Part shown: one piece after another, positions 16,101 to 25,118 of the stretch | Layout of the letters: each line of letters starts with the position of its first letter | Numbering within the stretch: the first letter of the stretch is position 1 | From: a virus | Taxonomy: Duplodnaviria; Caudoviricetes | Strand: one strand, 5' to 3' | Length of the DNA: 34,962 nucleotides | IMG/VR virus record: IMGVR_UViG_3300020151_001762 | Coordinates: 1-34,962 of that record | Made by a program: the position numbers and the translations under genes | Notes under the pieces: model-generated | What the model saw: the letters and a program-made list of their open reading frames with translations, nothing else | The model's database searches: none | Told to the model about the DNA's origin: nothing

Positions 16101-16756
16101 ACGGCGCTAATGGCAACATCTTCTCCATCAGGCGCAAGCTTTCCTTCCGTGTTCTTAACTCGCTCTCGTGCGGTGTTGCCTCCAATGGCAAAAGCAGTTA
16201 CTGGCGCATTCAGCATGTAGGGGATTGACTGGGAAAGCTGATCTGTCAGCATGCCCGGCACGCTCATGCTGCCAGCTAGCCAATTGCCCTTTGAAAATAA
16301 CTCTTTGGTTTTTTCTACCGAGTTGCGCTCTTTGTCATAACCAAAATCGACCGACTTTATTTCGTCAGCGATCTTGGCTGCATTCTGATACCCGGCCTCT
16401 TTGTGTGTCTTGAATTCCTCATCACTCATGCCGCGCTCAAATGCTCGCTGCTCATTCACCATAGGTGCAGCATAGTGCGGCACTCCAGGCACAACGCCGC
16501 GAGGCGATACCGAATCAAGCGCCGCCAAACCTTCCACTATCTCACCGCCAACACGGGTGAATGCAGCACCGATACCGCGCGCTTGGTTGTTCAGAAACCC
16601 GCGCCCATCCTCATCCTGTGCTGATTGAACCTCTGCCTCACGCGCGCGCTGCTCTTGCATCTGGCGCAACGCATCGCGGTAGGCTGTGCCAACAGGGGTA
16701 TCCAGCGAACTGAGCAATTGGAATACGTTCGGGTCTATGCCGCTGCGTTTACTCAT
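13097..16756 (-). CDS. Large internal virion (ejection) protein, 1219 aa
   Basis: Gly/Ala-rich membrane-interacting N-terminal third (EALTE..Q, GALIGGGIGG) followed by charged low-complexity linkers. Located among the ejection genes; GGAG SD. Confidence 0.8.
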   Translation of the reverse strand: MSKRSGIDPNVFQLLSSLDTPVGTAYRDALRQMQEQRAREAEVQSAQDEDGRGFLNNQARGIGAAFTRVGGEIVEGLAALDSVSPRGVVPGVPHYAAPMVNEQRAFERGMSDEEFKTHKEAGYQNAAKIADEIKSVDFGYDKERNSVEKTKELFSKGNWLAGSMSVPGMLTDQLSQSIPYMLNAPVTAFAIGGNTARERVKNTEGKLAPDGEDVAISAVVGTASGVLERLLPKMIFRPGETMTQAEARSIANSATKYAMGKIGKEAARGATVEALTESIQTGVLEYVGQRYGTDKAMSLQEAAMQGLEGALIGGGIGGSLGAGRGAVDSWRNVRNAGPDTIDQDGIDLPQNGEQLRNLGGVEVGGGITDDTPDNMRSVGPVEVERPLLRDAGNPENPNDRFKFELDTDSFVSNLRRRIDARKAQEAAISIPSASPQAEDQETTLADVARKFGEENGFIQKPIAYEGGVNFERVPVPKPEPLTLAPLDQPQGGIDFVTQPARTEQLASGVEKAISANIDKARNSRMPENLKDVRLLRSRYREHLSDVAAGVESNAGAFEKADSLLEMAAKSGGLNADAWVSEGVDPADLKAKNGSAFAKAFRADGGMTPDDLAEFAAQNGFSGFTDESGAPVSGAAIEAVLGELAGNKRYSSEDELKLQSAQAAPDYIKELAEFGTPAEIKQAVTKALNGEKLGARQAVIVQEVLDSTNRFKRDDAAIGEKWEKRARTMLANKGNRELDQWRNRDEHEADATTEDAALNELMTDAMVQYGIDPDKVIAAHEQYAKRYPDSLGKLTYAMTAWVSANKPAISEPEQNGKRDSVPGYRSNRRDDEGVQVPVQRSAGEPGAVEAGLSVPRQRQAAEAGGAPGGIESRASAEPRSDSAGRDAGLRQPVDLPEGWDKSLIKARPIAKTLGVPGYKAMRLGELAEAIRAKRATKPAVSDEIKTPSDSGALPAEKPATTVSDEISASNQEPIKSESRAIAGFEQSDALRNQEAVKQPASKGESLKLKIFGRDVEQQVMNKAPIPDGAQVVSSRIITTSVKIPKNDRPFFKNLDEVFAWRFTTYTDEDGALRSVTEVMDRDTGSAAYFSEIDANAADSVRRLSPSLHREFAAIYAEGKELQAEKQPQPSAGVAVSEPQKSEPEKVEPAAPAMTEADVNAELLKSVPPKILKSLMVDYQVYNEDTGQYETEKVPARDALKSVNDDISTFESMLACVKGGK
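13861..13944. repeat. 18-bp direct repeat (TTATTTCATCRCTAACCG), encoding VSDEI twice
   Basis: Copies at 13861-13878 and 13927-13944 with one mismatch. Confidence 0.7.
14080..14316 (-). CDS. Putative nested +1-frame gene (78 aa) inside the 1219-aa gene
   Basis: MAREIVYPDIEVTDEMMKEFKYPF... has 14 D/E in 78 aa. The main frame over it is G/R/A/S-rich. The SD is weak. Confidence 0.55.
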   Translation of the reverse strand: MAREIVYPDIEVTDEMMKEFKYPFKDQPVNLERLKRGFLFHVNAKQQKQEARRAELRAGHQRNLEAIARGETPDYDNQ

Positions 16757-16779
16757 TAAAAACCCTATCTCCAGAAAGC

Positions 16780-16805
16780 AAAAAAGCCAGCGAATGGCTG
16801 GCTTT
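16780..16805 (-). terminator. Intrinsic terminator between ejection genes
   Basis: AAAGCCAGC-CATTC-GCTGGCTTTTTT on the minus strand. Confidence 0.7.
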
Positions 16806-16881
16806 GGCGTAAATGTTTTTCTTAGGACGAGGAACCCTACATTGGTAAATTAAACCACAAAAGGAGGAATAAAGCAGCGAG

Positions 16882-17604
16882 TTATTGCCTAAGCATACCC
16901 GCAGCAGAATTGCGGCTTAGCGCATCCATTTCCTTAACCCTGTCAGGCCAGCCTGCTTGCGCTGGCGTTTTCTTGAGCAAGCCGGGCGCACCTGTAACCG
17001 GGTATTCTGGTTTTGGCTGCGCCTTTGGAAACCACTTATCGTACTGGGGGAACTCAGTGCGGATTGCCTGAACCTGCGCAGCTGAACGCTCTCGCTCAGC
17101 TTCCATCGCCGCCTCTGCTTCTGCCAGCATGGTAGCTCTACGCTCCTGAAAAGCAGCAGGGTCTTCTAGTGGGTTGCCGTCTCTGTCCACTTTAAGCTGC
17201 AGTGCTTGCGCATCCGCAAACCGCTGGCTCGCTGCACTATAGCCACTGAGCGCACCGGCAAGCATGCCTTGCACCCGATTGAATTCCTGCTCTTCGTTAC
17301 GCGCATCCATAGTCGCATCAAACTGGCGATCACTCTTATCAAGCGTTTGCTGGCGATAAGAATCCTCGGCTTGGTCGCGCTGCTGGCGATACTGTGCGTC
17401 CTGCTCACGCTCTTGGGTGCGCAAATCAACCTCCTGCTGCCGCTCAGCTTTGCGGTCGGCGCGGTTAATTTCGCGATCTTCACGCGCAAAACCTTGCTGC
17501 AGCTCCATCAATCGGCGCTGACGCAGTTCCGCAAGAGCGCCATCAGCAATGCTAACGCCCGCTTGCGCAAAACCTCGCGCGGCTTTTTTTAAGATGCTGC
17601 CCAT
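16882..17604 (-). CDS. Internal virion/ejection protein, coiled-coil (240 aa)
   Basis: N-terminal MGSIL...ARGFA.AG followed by Q/E/R-rich helices; position among the ejection genes. Confidence 0.7.
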   Translation of the reverse strand: MGSILKKAARGFAQAGVSIADGALAELRQRRLMELQQGFAREDREINRADRKAERQQEVDLRTQEREQDAQYRQQRDQAEDSYRQQTLDKSDRQFDATMDARNEEQEFNRVQGMLAGALSGYSAASQRFADAQALQLKVDRDGNPLEDPAAFQERRATMLAEAEAAMEAERERSAAQVQAIRTEFPQYDKWFPKAQPKPEYPVTGAPGLLKKTPAQAGWPDRVKEMDALSRNSAAGMLRQ

Positions 17605-18116
17605 TGATCTGTCTCCTGCTTATAGGTGTTCAATAGCTGCATGGCATTTTGCTCGCCCAGTGACTCGGCATATTCGTTAAATTCCGCCTCGTCCACACCG
17701 TAAGACTCCATTACAACCTGCAGCGAGACCATCAACCCCTGCTTGATCGCATTGTCATCCAACTGCATTGCCCCTGCAGTAGTCGCCACCTCATAAACCG
17801 CGTCATAAACCACACCGGTAAATTCCAAGATGACAACCTCATCCAGATTGATTTTTTTATCAATCTCGGTGACCAGAAATACGGTTGTATCAACCAAGCG
17901 ATTTAAAGGCGGTACATTTTCAGATGACAGTTTTTTGACGATAGACTGAAAAGAGTTTTCGTTTTTATACAGCAGCTCGCCAAGCGCGCCTTGGGCACGC
18001 TGCATTTCTGCCTCTTCTTCGGGTGTTGCTGGCTCTACACCGGCCACCTGTTCATCTTGCGGCTCCATTGGCGCCTCTTGCATTGCTGGATCTTGCATAT
18101 CAGTAGGCTCCTGCAT
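17589..18116 (-). CDS. Acidic hypothetical virion-region protein (175 aa)
   Basis: Coupled ORF with overlaps on both sides. Confidence 0.75.
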   Translation of the reverse strand: MQEPTDMQDPAMQEAPMEPQDEQVAGVEPATPEEEAEMQRAQGALGELLYKNENSFQSIVKKLSSENVPPLNRLVDTTVFLVTEIDKKINLDEVVILEFTGVVYDAVYEVATTAGAMQLDDNAIKQGLMVSLQVVMESYGVDEAEFNEYAESLGEQNAMQLLNTYKQETDQWAAS

Positions 18117-19101
18117 AAGTACGTTTCAGCAATGGTGCTGCGATAAATTTACGCGCCTCATCGGCGCGTCGGCGCCAATCTGTGGGCTGCACTTGCGATG
18201 CCTGTGCGTATTGGTTTGCTTCTGAGCCCGCCACAGCATTAGCCTGGGGGTTAAATTCGCCCCACTCTTTGCTGCGATCCTGGCGCCACTTGTTTTCATA
18301 CTCGTACTGCTGTTTAAGCAAATCCGCCTCATCCGGCGCCATGGCAGAGCTGACAGCGCCAAAGGCCATTTTGGCAACTTCCGGGTTCTGATTGATAAAG
18401 CCAGCCGTTTTCTTTAAAAGCCCGCCAGCCGTTTGCAACATGCCGCCAGAGCCGGACGCAGCCTGCCCAGCAGAGGTGAGCGCACCATCTGCAGAAACCT
18501 TGCTGGCCAAGTCTCCAAATTGCGCCACTGTATCGGCAGTCTGAGAGGCGGACGCAGCCTGTCCAGCAGAGGTGAGCGCACCATCTGCAGAAACCTTGCT
18601 GGCCAAGTCTCCAAATTTAGCCGCAGTATCGGCAGCCGGAGCCGCTGTGCCATTCCAACGCTGCACAATCTGCGAAAGGCTATCGCTTTTTACTGTGCCA
18701 AACAGTGACGTGCTGGCATTGCCAACCGCATTGGCGCCGTTGGATAGCGTAGCGGCAAGGCCATTGGCATTCATCATGGTTGCGCCCTTAGCGCCCGCAT
18801 TCATAACCGCCTTAATCGGGGCTGTAACCGCATTAACCACCATAGACGCAACACCACGCGCAACATTGCCCAGCGCACCACCAATTTTTCCCATCATGCC
18901 AGCGCCCTGTGCGGCCGCTTGCGCCCAACCTTGCGTCGCCATGCCAACCACCGGAACAACCAGCGAAACAACCATCAGCGCAATTTTCACATACTTATTG
19001 TTAAGCACCTTGGCGACCTTGCCTAATGCGCTCTTGAATTCTTTTTTCACTCCATTCAAAAGCCTTTTTCTCGCCTTTTTAATTTTCGACATAATGCCCA
19101 T
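18100..19101 (-). CDS. Ejection/pilot-like protein with a hydrophobic segment and an internal 32-aa duplication
   Basis: Basic N-terminus, TM-like IALMVVSLVVPVVGM, G/A-rich body. Start at ATG 19101 after an AAGGGG SD. Confidence 0.75.
   Translation of the reverse strand: MGIMSKIKKARKRLLNGVKKEFKSALGKVAKVLNNKYVKIALMVVSLVVPVVGMATQGWAQAAAQGAGMMGKIGGALGNVARGVASMVVNAVTAPIKAVMNAGAKGATMMNANGLAATLSNGANAVGNASTSLFGTVKSDSLSQIVQRWNGTAAPAADTAAKFGDLASKVSADGALTSAGQAASASQTADTVAQFGDLASKVSADGALTSAGQAASGSGGMLQTAGGLLKKTAGFINQNPEVAKMAFGAVSSAMAPDEADLLKQQYEYENKWRQDRSKEWGEFNPQANAVAGSEANQYAQASQVQPTDWRRRADEARKFIAAPLLKRTYAGAY
18453..18635. repeat. 96-bp-period tandem duplication
   Basis: 69-bp cores at 18453-18521 and 18549-18617 differ by one base; they encode FGDLASKVSADGALTSAGQAAS twice. 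Confidence 0.95.
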
Positions 19102-19103
19102 TA

Positions 19104-19538
19104 CTAAGACCCCTTTACCCGTAAATAACAACCGCCGACTTTTTTAAATCCGCAGCGCTCTAAAACTGGAAAAACTCTTTCGCTGATTTCGCAATCAAAC
19201 TGAAACCCAGCGCGACGAATCGCAGCGCGCGAATCCACCCATTCGCGGTATTGTTTCAACATTTTTACCCCATCACCCGAGCTTTCGCAGCGCCAGAGCA
19301 ATACGCAACTGCTTTGCTTTTGTGCCCACAAATGATCATACGAAATAGCAAATAAGCACCCGACAATTTTGCCATTGCACTCAGAAACAACTGCAAAGTT
19401 TCTCGCTCCTGATACGCACTCATCAAAAAGCTTGCGTATAGATACCGCGCTTGGGCGTAAATCGGGGTAAGCCTCTGCGCAACGCAACGCAATCGCATTG
19501 CACTGCGCAAAATCACTGACTATCGCGCGGCGTATCAT
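19104..19538 (-). CDS. GNAT-fold (acyltransferase-like) virion-region protein
   Basis: MIRRA..SD, V.E..GKIVG, G.G..ML and ERCGF..VG motifs. Confidence 0.8.
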   Translation of the reverse strand: MIRRAIVSDFAQCNAIALRCAEAYPDLRPSAVSIRKLFDECVSGARNFAVVSECNGKIVGCLFAISYDHLWAQKQSSCVLLWRCESSGDGVKMLKQYREWVDSRAAIRRAGFQFDCEISERVFPVLERCGFKKVGGCYLRVKGS

Positions 19539-20656
19539 CCTGCAAAATTATCCGAAATTAATCGCTTCTTAATAGCCTCGGCGCGCGTCATCTTTTTAGA
19601 CATCTTCATTCCTCTAGGCCCCGGAACATCCACGCTAATAGTTTCATTTAGCCATTGCTCGCGCGTCATTGGCGGCTTAGATGAAGGCGCCCCACTGTCA
19701 GTGTTAAAGGTATTGGTAACATTACCCTTTTTATCCGTGGTCGATGTTCCGCTTACCGTTGTTTTCGGCGCATAAGCCGACAAATCAACACCGTTCATCG
19801 CACTGGCGAGCGCCAAATTATCCGTTGTTGTTTGGTTTAAAATCTTCAGAGCGGCCCCGGCTTGGCTTGGAGTTATATTCGGTTGCGACATAATACTAGC
19901 CGCCTGCTGCTGATGATTTGCGTATATATTTTGCGCCGTTGCGCTAGCATTAATGGTTTGCTGATGGTCAAAGCGAATATCTTCCAGCGCCACATTATTT
20001 TTTGCTGCTAGTTCTTCCATCGTTATGCTGTTTTCCAACTGCCGATCATTGGCAATCGTTGCCTGCTCAGCGGAAAACTTCTGATCATTCCCTTGCAAAA
20101 GTAGCTGCTGCTCTCGCGCCTTCTCATTCTCGCCCGCGCTAAATATATGATCATTTTTTTGGTTTAACTGATTGAACGCTTGATTTACACCAGAGCTTGC
20201 AAATTGGTTTTTTGCGTTTAGATTGGTTATGTCCATGTTCGCATAGGTGCCAGCGTCTTGCTGCGCGATTGGTAGTGCACTTGATATTGCTGCTTCTTCG
20301 CCAGCCTGCACACCAATAGAGGAATTGTTTAAGCCTCGCTCAGCGGTAGCCATCGCCGCATTTTCACGCGCCCGCTTCATGAGCGGACCATTTGCCGCAA
20401 GCACTTTATCAAGCTGATTCTGCACAAGAGAATCGCCACTAACAGAGCCGGTTACCGCTTGCGATTTTGCATAATCCACCACTTTTTGGGCGGACTCAGG
20501 ATCAAACTCCGTTTGCTTTGGCACCACCTCAATTGGCCGCCCGCTCACTTTGGTTGGCTTATTTAATTGCTGGTTAGCGGTAAAAATACTTTCGGTAGTT
20601 TTGTCCGCAGTAGGCTTGCTCGCCATTGCTGTCACGGTGTTTTGCAGTAGCGCCAT
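19535..20656 (-). CDS. Internal virion/ejection protein (373 aa, Q/N-rich)
   Basis: RGL.NSSI..QAGE.A....ALPIA.QDA motif seen in podovirus internal proteins; lies after the tail genes. Confidence 0.7.
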   Translation of the reverse strand: MALLQNTVTAMASKPTADKTTESIFTANQQLNKPTKVSGRPIEVVPKQTEFDPESAQKVVDYAKSQAVTGSVSGDSLVQNQLDKVLAANGPLMKRARENAAMATAERGLNNSSIGVQAGEEAAISSALPIAQQDAGTYANMDITNLNAKNQFASSGVNQAFNQLNQKNDHIFSAGENEKAREQQLLLQGNDQKFSAEQATIANDRQLENSITMEELAAKNNVALEDIRFDHQQTINASATAQNIYANHQQQAASIMSQPNITPSQAGAALKILNQTTTDNLALASAMNGVDLSAYAPKTTVSGTSTTDKKGNVTNTFNTDSGAPSSKPPMTREQWLNETISVDVPGPRGMKMSKKMTRAEAIKKRLISDNFAG

Positions 20657-20659
20657 TGA

Positions 20660-21238
20660 TCAATTCTCCGGCCAATGAATGGCGTTGATTTCACTCGCGG
20701 TTTGCGCGGCATAGACCGCATCTTTTAATTGCCACTTAATCGAGTACAACTGAACAGAGCGAGCTGCAACGGCAACACCAAGCGCTATCGCCTCATCGGG
20801 CGTAAGCTGATAATTCGTGTCGCTTTGTGCGCGAAAAAGAATAACGGGATCGGTGATGCCACCAGCCTTAAACAGCAGGGCATTCGTCACCACGCCGTTG
20901 ATATTAATAAAATCACGCTCGTCGCGAGTCTGCACAATATCGCCAGTTTCACCAAACACAAACGGGCAGCCGTCTTTCTCCAATTGTATTCTGCGCCGCT
21001 CAAAATCCCCAATCTTTTGTTCGCGCAATTGCGATAAATCGGCCTCGGAATTTTCAGATGGCGCTGAAACCAAATCAGATTTTTTTAAAATAATTTGACG
21101 ATCACCGACGAGCCGCACCACTTCATCTTCGCCACAAGGGATCGGCTCAACGGTGGTGTAATTCTCCGGCAAAATTCCGCCAGAAACTTCAATGGTTTCG
21201 CCGGTATAAATCCCGCTTAATAATCGGTACGCTGTCAT
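20660..21238 (-). CDS. Tail fibre assembly chaperone-like protein (DUF4376 type)
   Basis: QTRD..D..NI, FR..SD....LT and C-terminal I.AI.W motifs; follows the fibre gene. Confidence 0.75.
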   Translation of the reverse strand: MTAYRLLSGIYTGETIEVSGGILPENYTTVEPIPCGEDEVVRLVGDRQIILKKSDLVSAPSENSEADLSQLREQKIGDFERRRIQLEKDGCPFVFGETGDIVQTRDERDFININGVVTNALLFKAGGITDPVILFRAQSDTNYQLTPDEAIALGVAVAARSVQLYSIKWQLKDAVYAAQTASEINAIHWPEN

Positions 21239-22704
21239 TTTGCCACCACATAAGAATAAAAAGCGGCGCCCGCCTTGTCATATCGCGGCGCGGTATCGGG
21301 TAGATACATTTCAGTTGAGGAATAGTTTTTGGTGGGAATTAAAATGCACTTGCTGCGGTCTTGTGCTGCGCCAATGAATACACCCCAAGGGGTATCGCAC
21401 ATACAGGAATAAATATTGCCGCCGTACATTTGGCTATCGGGAGCGCTACTATCCGCCATTGTGCCAACCACTCCACTGCTAATAGGCTGCACAACAAACC
21501 CAAATAGATCAGTGTAGCGGTAGAGTGCAATAGGGCGCGTTGCTCCACCAGCTCGCGGTAGAGCCAAAACAGATCCGTCAAAAAGCTGGGCGAACATCGT
21601 GTTTGCCCCGTTTGAAACCTTGTCCGCAATTTCACTGATGCCGACTATTTTTGATGAGCCAAGCCCAACACCAGAGGCGCCAACACGCATCACATACTGC
21701 TCGCCATTGGTTTCCAGCACGACATAATCGCCAAACACTTTTAGCCGACGATAGTATTTAATCTGATTAGGGAAATTAGACGAACTGAAATAACCAGAAT
21801 TTAAAAAGGTAGCCCCGTCCGCACTAATAAGAATCTGTGAGCTACTAATCTGAAGCACGATAAACAACTCATGTTTTGCCGAATAAACGCCGTGTGCTAT
21901 GCCAATGTTGCTACCGAGCCCCGCGCAATCAGACCATGAAGATCCATTGTTGGCCGAATACTTTGCGCCACCCGTAGAGGTTGATGCGTAAAGAAACGTG
22001 GTTAGAATTGCGCCGGTCTTGCTTGCCGAAACAGAGGTGATATGAATTCCACCATTGTTGTACGCTGAATTCTGCGCCCACGTTAAACCGTTATCGACAG
22101 AGTAATACAAGAGGCCGCTTGCAGTTCCTGCCCACCAACGGCCATTAAATACATCAAAACAGATTGCGGTAAATTGAAAGCTCGGCCCAACTATCGAGAA
22201 AGCCGCCCCATCGGTGCTGCGAATCAATCTTCCACCAGCGATCATCAGCACACCGTTAGCGTAAACAGACTCGTACATGTAGGGGATTGCATCGACGCCA
22301 GCAGCTGTAAGGGCGGCATTTAACGAAACCTGCATGCCAAATAAAACTTGATCTTGATAAACCTCTGCAAGTGCCGGGTAAACAGTTTTCAAAACCTTCA
22401 CGCCAGCCATGCGAATGAGCGCGCCGTCGTCCAGCGTGTCGGCCTTAATTGGCGACTCAACTATTTCGCCGATTCTTTTATCGCCGCGAATTGAAAGCTT
22501 GCTCAACTTCAGCAAGTCGATGGAGCTAGTCGCTCCGTTCACCGCATTAACGCGAGCTTGAATCTCAGCATCAATCGTGGCGTGATTAACGCCCATCGAT
22601 TCGCATGCCTTTCTTAAATTAAACAGGTCGTTTATTGTTGTTGCACCGGTAACGGCATCAATCCGGTTTTGCAGCTGTGTGCGCAGCGGTGTAAGTGTGA
22701 TCAT
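21235..22704 (-). CDS. Tail fibre/receptor-binding protein with Asp-box (BNR) repeats
   Basis: RSTDGAAF, YSVDNGLTW, YSANNGSSW and ISADGATF motifs, plus collar-like segments at both ends. Confidence 0.75.
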   Translation of the reverse strand: MITLTPLRTQLQNRIDAVTGATTINDLFNLRKACESMGVNHATIDAEIQARVNAVNGATSSIDLLKLSKLSIRGDKRIGEIVESPIKADTLDDGALIRMAGVKVLKTVYPALAEVYQDQVLFGMQVSLNAALTAAGVDAIPYMYESVYANGVLMIAGGRLIRSTDGAAFSIVGPSFQFTAICFDVFNGRWWAGTASGLLYYSVDNGLTWAQNSAYNNGGIHITSVSASKTGAILTTFLYASTSTGGAKYSANNGSSWSDCAGLGSNIGIAHGVYSAKHELFIVLQISSSQILISADGATFLNSGYFSSSNFPNQIKYYRRLKVFGDYVVLETNGEQYVMRVGASGVGLGSSKIVGISEIADKVSNGANTMFAQLFDGSVLALPRAGGATRPIALYRYTDLFGFVVQPISSGVVGTMADSSAPDSQMYGGNIYSCMCDTPWGVFIGAAQDRSKCILIPTKNYSSTEMYLPDTAPRYDKAGAAFYSYVVAK

Positions 22705-23346
22705 TTATAAACCTGCTATGGCCAGAGTTTCGAGATTCTTGTACGCGGTAGTGTTGGGCAAAGCAGCCTCGGTTAAATCACCATCTACTCCTTGAAGTGA
22801 TGCAAGCCACTGCGCTTGCGTACCAACAAATCCGTTATTAAGCGCAACCTGATAGGCGGATGCGCCGACAAGTGACGCAAGCCACTGCGCGCGAGTACCA
22901 ACAAAGCCCTGCCCCACAGCAACGTCATACGCATCACCGCCACCAGTAACAACAATCACCTGCTGGCGCATATCGTCAACTTCATCGCGCATCTGCTGCA
23001 CCTGCTCAAGAATTGTCTGGCATTGCCCTAGCGTCGCTATTGCCGCTGCCGCACTGGCGCTAGCGGAGTTCATCGCTGCGGTTGCGGAGTTGACCAGGTT
23101 TTGCAAGTAGAGCAACTTTGTAGCTGTCAGCTTCTTGTCATCGCCGATGGTCACCAGAGAGCCCGACACATCGGGAGTTTCGATTTCATTAACGCCATCA
23201 AAACCGGCAGGCAACAGAATTGCCCTATCATTGTCCTGAATGAGCGAACCGATTACTGCATGAATCTGGCCGAATATCGCATCCAGATCTTCAGCCAGAA
23301 TCGTTTGCCCGTTTTCAAAATCGGGCGGAGTAAAATTACTAATCAT
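22705..23346 (-). CDS. Proximal tail fibre/adaptor protein
   Basis: Coiled coil plus two AY.VA...GFVGT.AQWLASL.G repeats typical of phage fibres. Confidence 0.75.
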   Translation of the reverse strand: MISNFTPPDFENGQTILAEDLDAIFGQIHAVIGSLIQDNDRAILLPAGFDGVNEIETPDVSGSLVTIGDDKKLTATKLLYLQNLVNSATAAMNSASASAAAAIATLGQCQTILEQVQQMRDEVDDMRQQVIVVTGGGDAYDVAVGQGFVGTRAQWLASLVGASAYQVALNNGFVGTQAQWLASLQGVDGDLTEAALPNTTAYKNLETLAIAGL

Positions 23347-25118
23347 CGCGTTTTTGCTCTCGGCTCATGTTCAATTAAATATCCGCCCACCCTGATTGGG
23401 TCGGTATCGTCAGAATTGATGATTAAAATCACCGCAATTGCTCGCCCTACGCCAGACAAATACACCTGATTGATGGCATCATCAGCCACACCAAAAACAG
23501 ACTCTCCAAATACGGCCGAACCGTAAAAGCTTTCGTTGCCGCCGATCAGTACGCTAAATGGGTTTTGTCCTGGAGCATCACCGCTTGAATAATCCAGCTC
23601 AGCATAAATATTCATTGCTTCCATGCGCTCACAGTCTGCATTGATCGTGAGGCGCTTGAATTTTTTGCGCTGCTGAGGATTGCCTAGAAAGTTATGAGAG
23701 AAGCGAATTAATCGGGTGAACTCTTCGCCCGCATGGCTTGCGCCAACGTCAGCGCGGTAGACAAAACCATCCTCGCCGCCAAGCAGCAAGTATTCCTCGC
23801 CATTCACAACCGTACTGCAGCCGCAGCGCATCACCACTGGGTAGCTGCCAGTGAAAGCGCCAACCACTTTGCTGCCCAAGAATGTAACGCCGACGAATCC
23901 GCGCTGCGAAAAAATTCTGTACTGGTTTTTGTCCCGAACCGGAATTGAGAAAAGCACATCGTCATGCTGGATTGCTGACTTAAACTTTTCATCCAGGCTG
24001 GTCATGGAGAAATCGCCGTAAGCCTGCACGCGCGAAAGTCGCGTTAGTCCGGCCTTAGTGAGAAAAACAGAGTCCCCCACATTGGTTATTGAGCCGCGCT
24101 TTGCACCGGTCCCGTCATTGAATACTGACTTTGAAAAAGTGGCCTTGGTTTTACCCGAAAGGATATGAATTGAATTTTCACAGAAGATTGCGCAACGCTC
24201 GTCAGGCTGAAGCGCCAGACCGACAATCTTGTCTGAGCAGCCAATCTCAGCACCCACCGAAGCATCAAAGTTTGTCGGCGTGCCCGGCCCGCTCGCCATG
24301 AGTGAGCCATTATCAAAGCCCAGTAGTAAAACGTCTGAAGGCAACACTTCAATACTGCTTGGCGTATCGACTGGCATTGCCGTAGAAATTTGCGTGAACG
24401 TAGTCCCGTCATACATCAGCGCTTTATTGACACCATTAACGATGATCAGCTTTTGAGTGCCGGCGCTTGCGGTAAAGTTATGAACACTGAATTCATAGCG
24501 CCCATTTTTTAACAAATAACCACTTGTCGCTATCTCGCTCCAGCCAGTAGCTGTAGCCTTGTACATCCTGCAAGTGGTTGCGTCGGAGTGATCGCGGAAC
24601 GAGTAAATTTCGTTTTTGTAGCCAACAACGCCGCGCACCGGGCCAATACCGGGCACCGCAAGAATCGGCGCTCTCAGAATGTTAGCGGCAGTTTTTAAAT
24701 AAGCTTTGTGCTCTGCATACCCGCGCGCACCGATATTGGCGGGCAGTTCTCGCACCTGATTTCCGGCAAGCTGGTCACCCAATGTCATGGCCGGGCCGCC
24801 AAGCTTAATCACCGCGATGCGGCGATTATTTACGTCCGAACCATCAATTCCAACAACAGTGGCAAACGCACCAGAAGGAACCGCGACCACAAGATCACCA
24901 ACAGTAATGCCGTTGAGCGTGTACAGCCCAATGATTAAATACTCAACCTTGTTCGGCTCTGCGCGGCCGTCAAACTTTTCAATGCCGCGCATGGTTGAAT
25001 AGCTGCCACTGCTATCAACTTCAACGTTAACCAAAGCAACCGCTTCACCCGGCTTTAAATTCATCAATGAAGTTTCGGTGTTTAAGCCGCCCGCGCAGCT
25101 GACTGAATTTAATGGCAT
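23343..25118 (-). CDS. Tail nozzle (tail tubular B / DNA stabilization-like protein)
   Basis: 591 aa, beta-rich. N-terminal GGLN......L..GE...L.NV and C-terminal KKFKRL; follows the adaptor. Confidence 0.8.
   Translation of the reverse strand: MPLNSVSCAGGLNTETSLMNLKPGEAVALVNVEVDSSGSYSTMRGIEKFDGRAEPNKVEYLIIGLYTLNGITVGDLVVAVPSGAFATVVGIDGSDVNNRRIAVIKLGGPAMTLGDQLAGNQVRELPANIGARGYAEHKAYLKTAANILRAPILAVPGIGPVRGVVGYKNEIYSFRDHSDATTCRMYKATATGWSEIATSGYLLKNGRYEFSVHNFTASAGTQKLIIVNGVNKALMYDGTTFTQISTAMPVDTPSSIEVLPSDVLLLGFDNGSLMASGPGTPTNFDASVGAEIGCSDKIVGLALQPDERCAIFCENSIHILSGKTKATFSKSVFNDGTGAKRGSITNVGDSVFLTKAGLTRLSRVQAYGDFSMTSLDEKFKSAIQHDDVLFSIPVRDKNQYRIFSQRGFVGVTFLGSKVVGAFTGSYPVVMRCGCSTVVNGEEYLLLGGEDGFVYRADVGASHAGEEFTRLIRFSHNFLGNPQQRKKFKRLTINADCERMEAMNIYAELDYSSGDAPGQNPFSVLIGGNESFYGSAVFGESVFGVADDAINQVYLSGVGRAIAVILIINSDDTDPIRVGGYLIEHEPRAKTR

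Noticed and set aside
18453-18635. Possible CRISPR array or DGR template/variable repeat pair
   Set aside because: Only two in-frame tandem copies, no spacers, no adenine-specific divergence, and no cas or reverse transcriptase gene.
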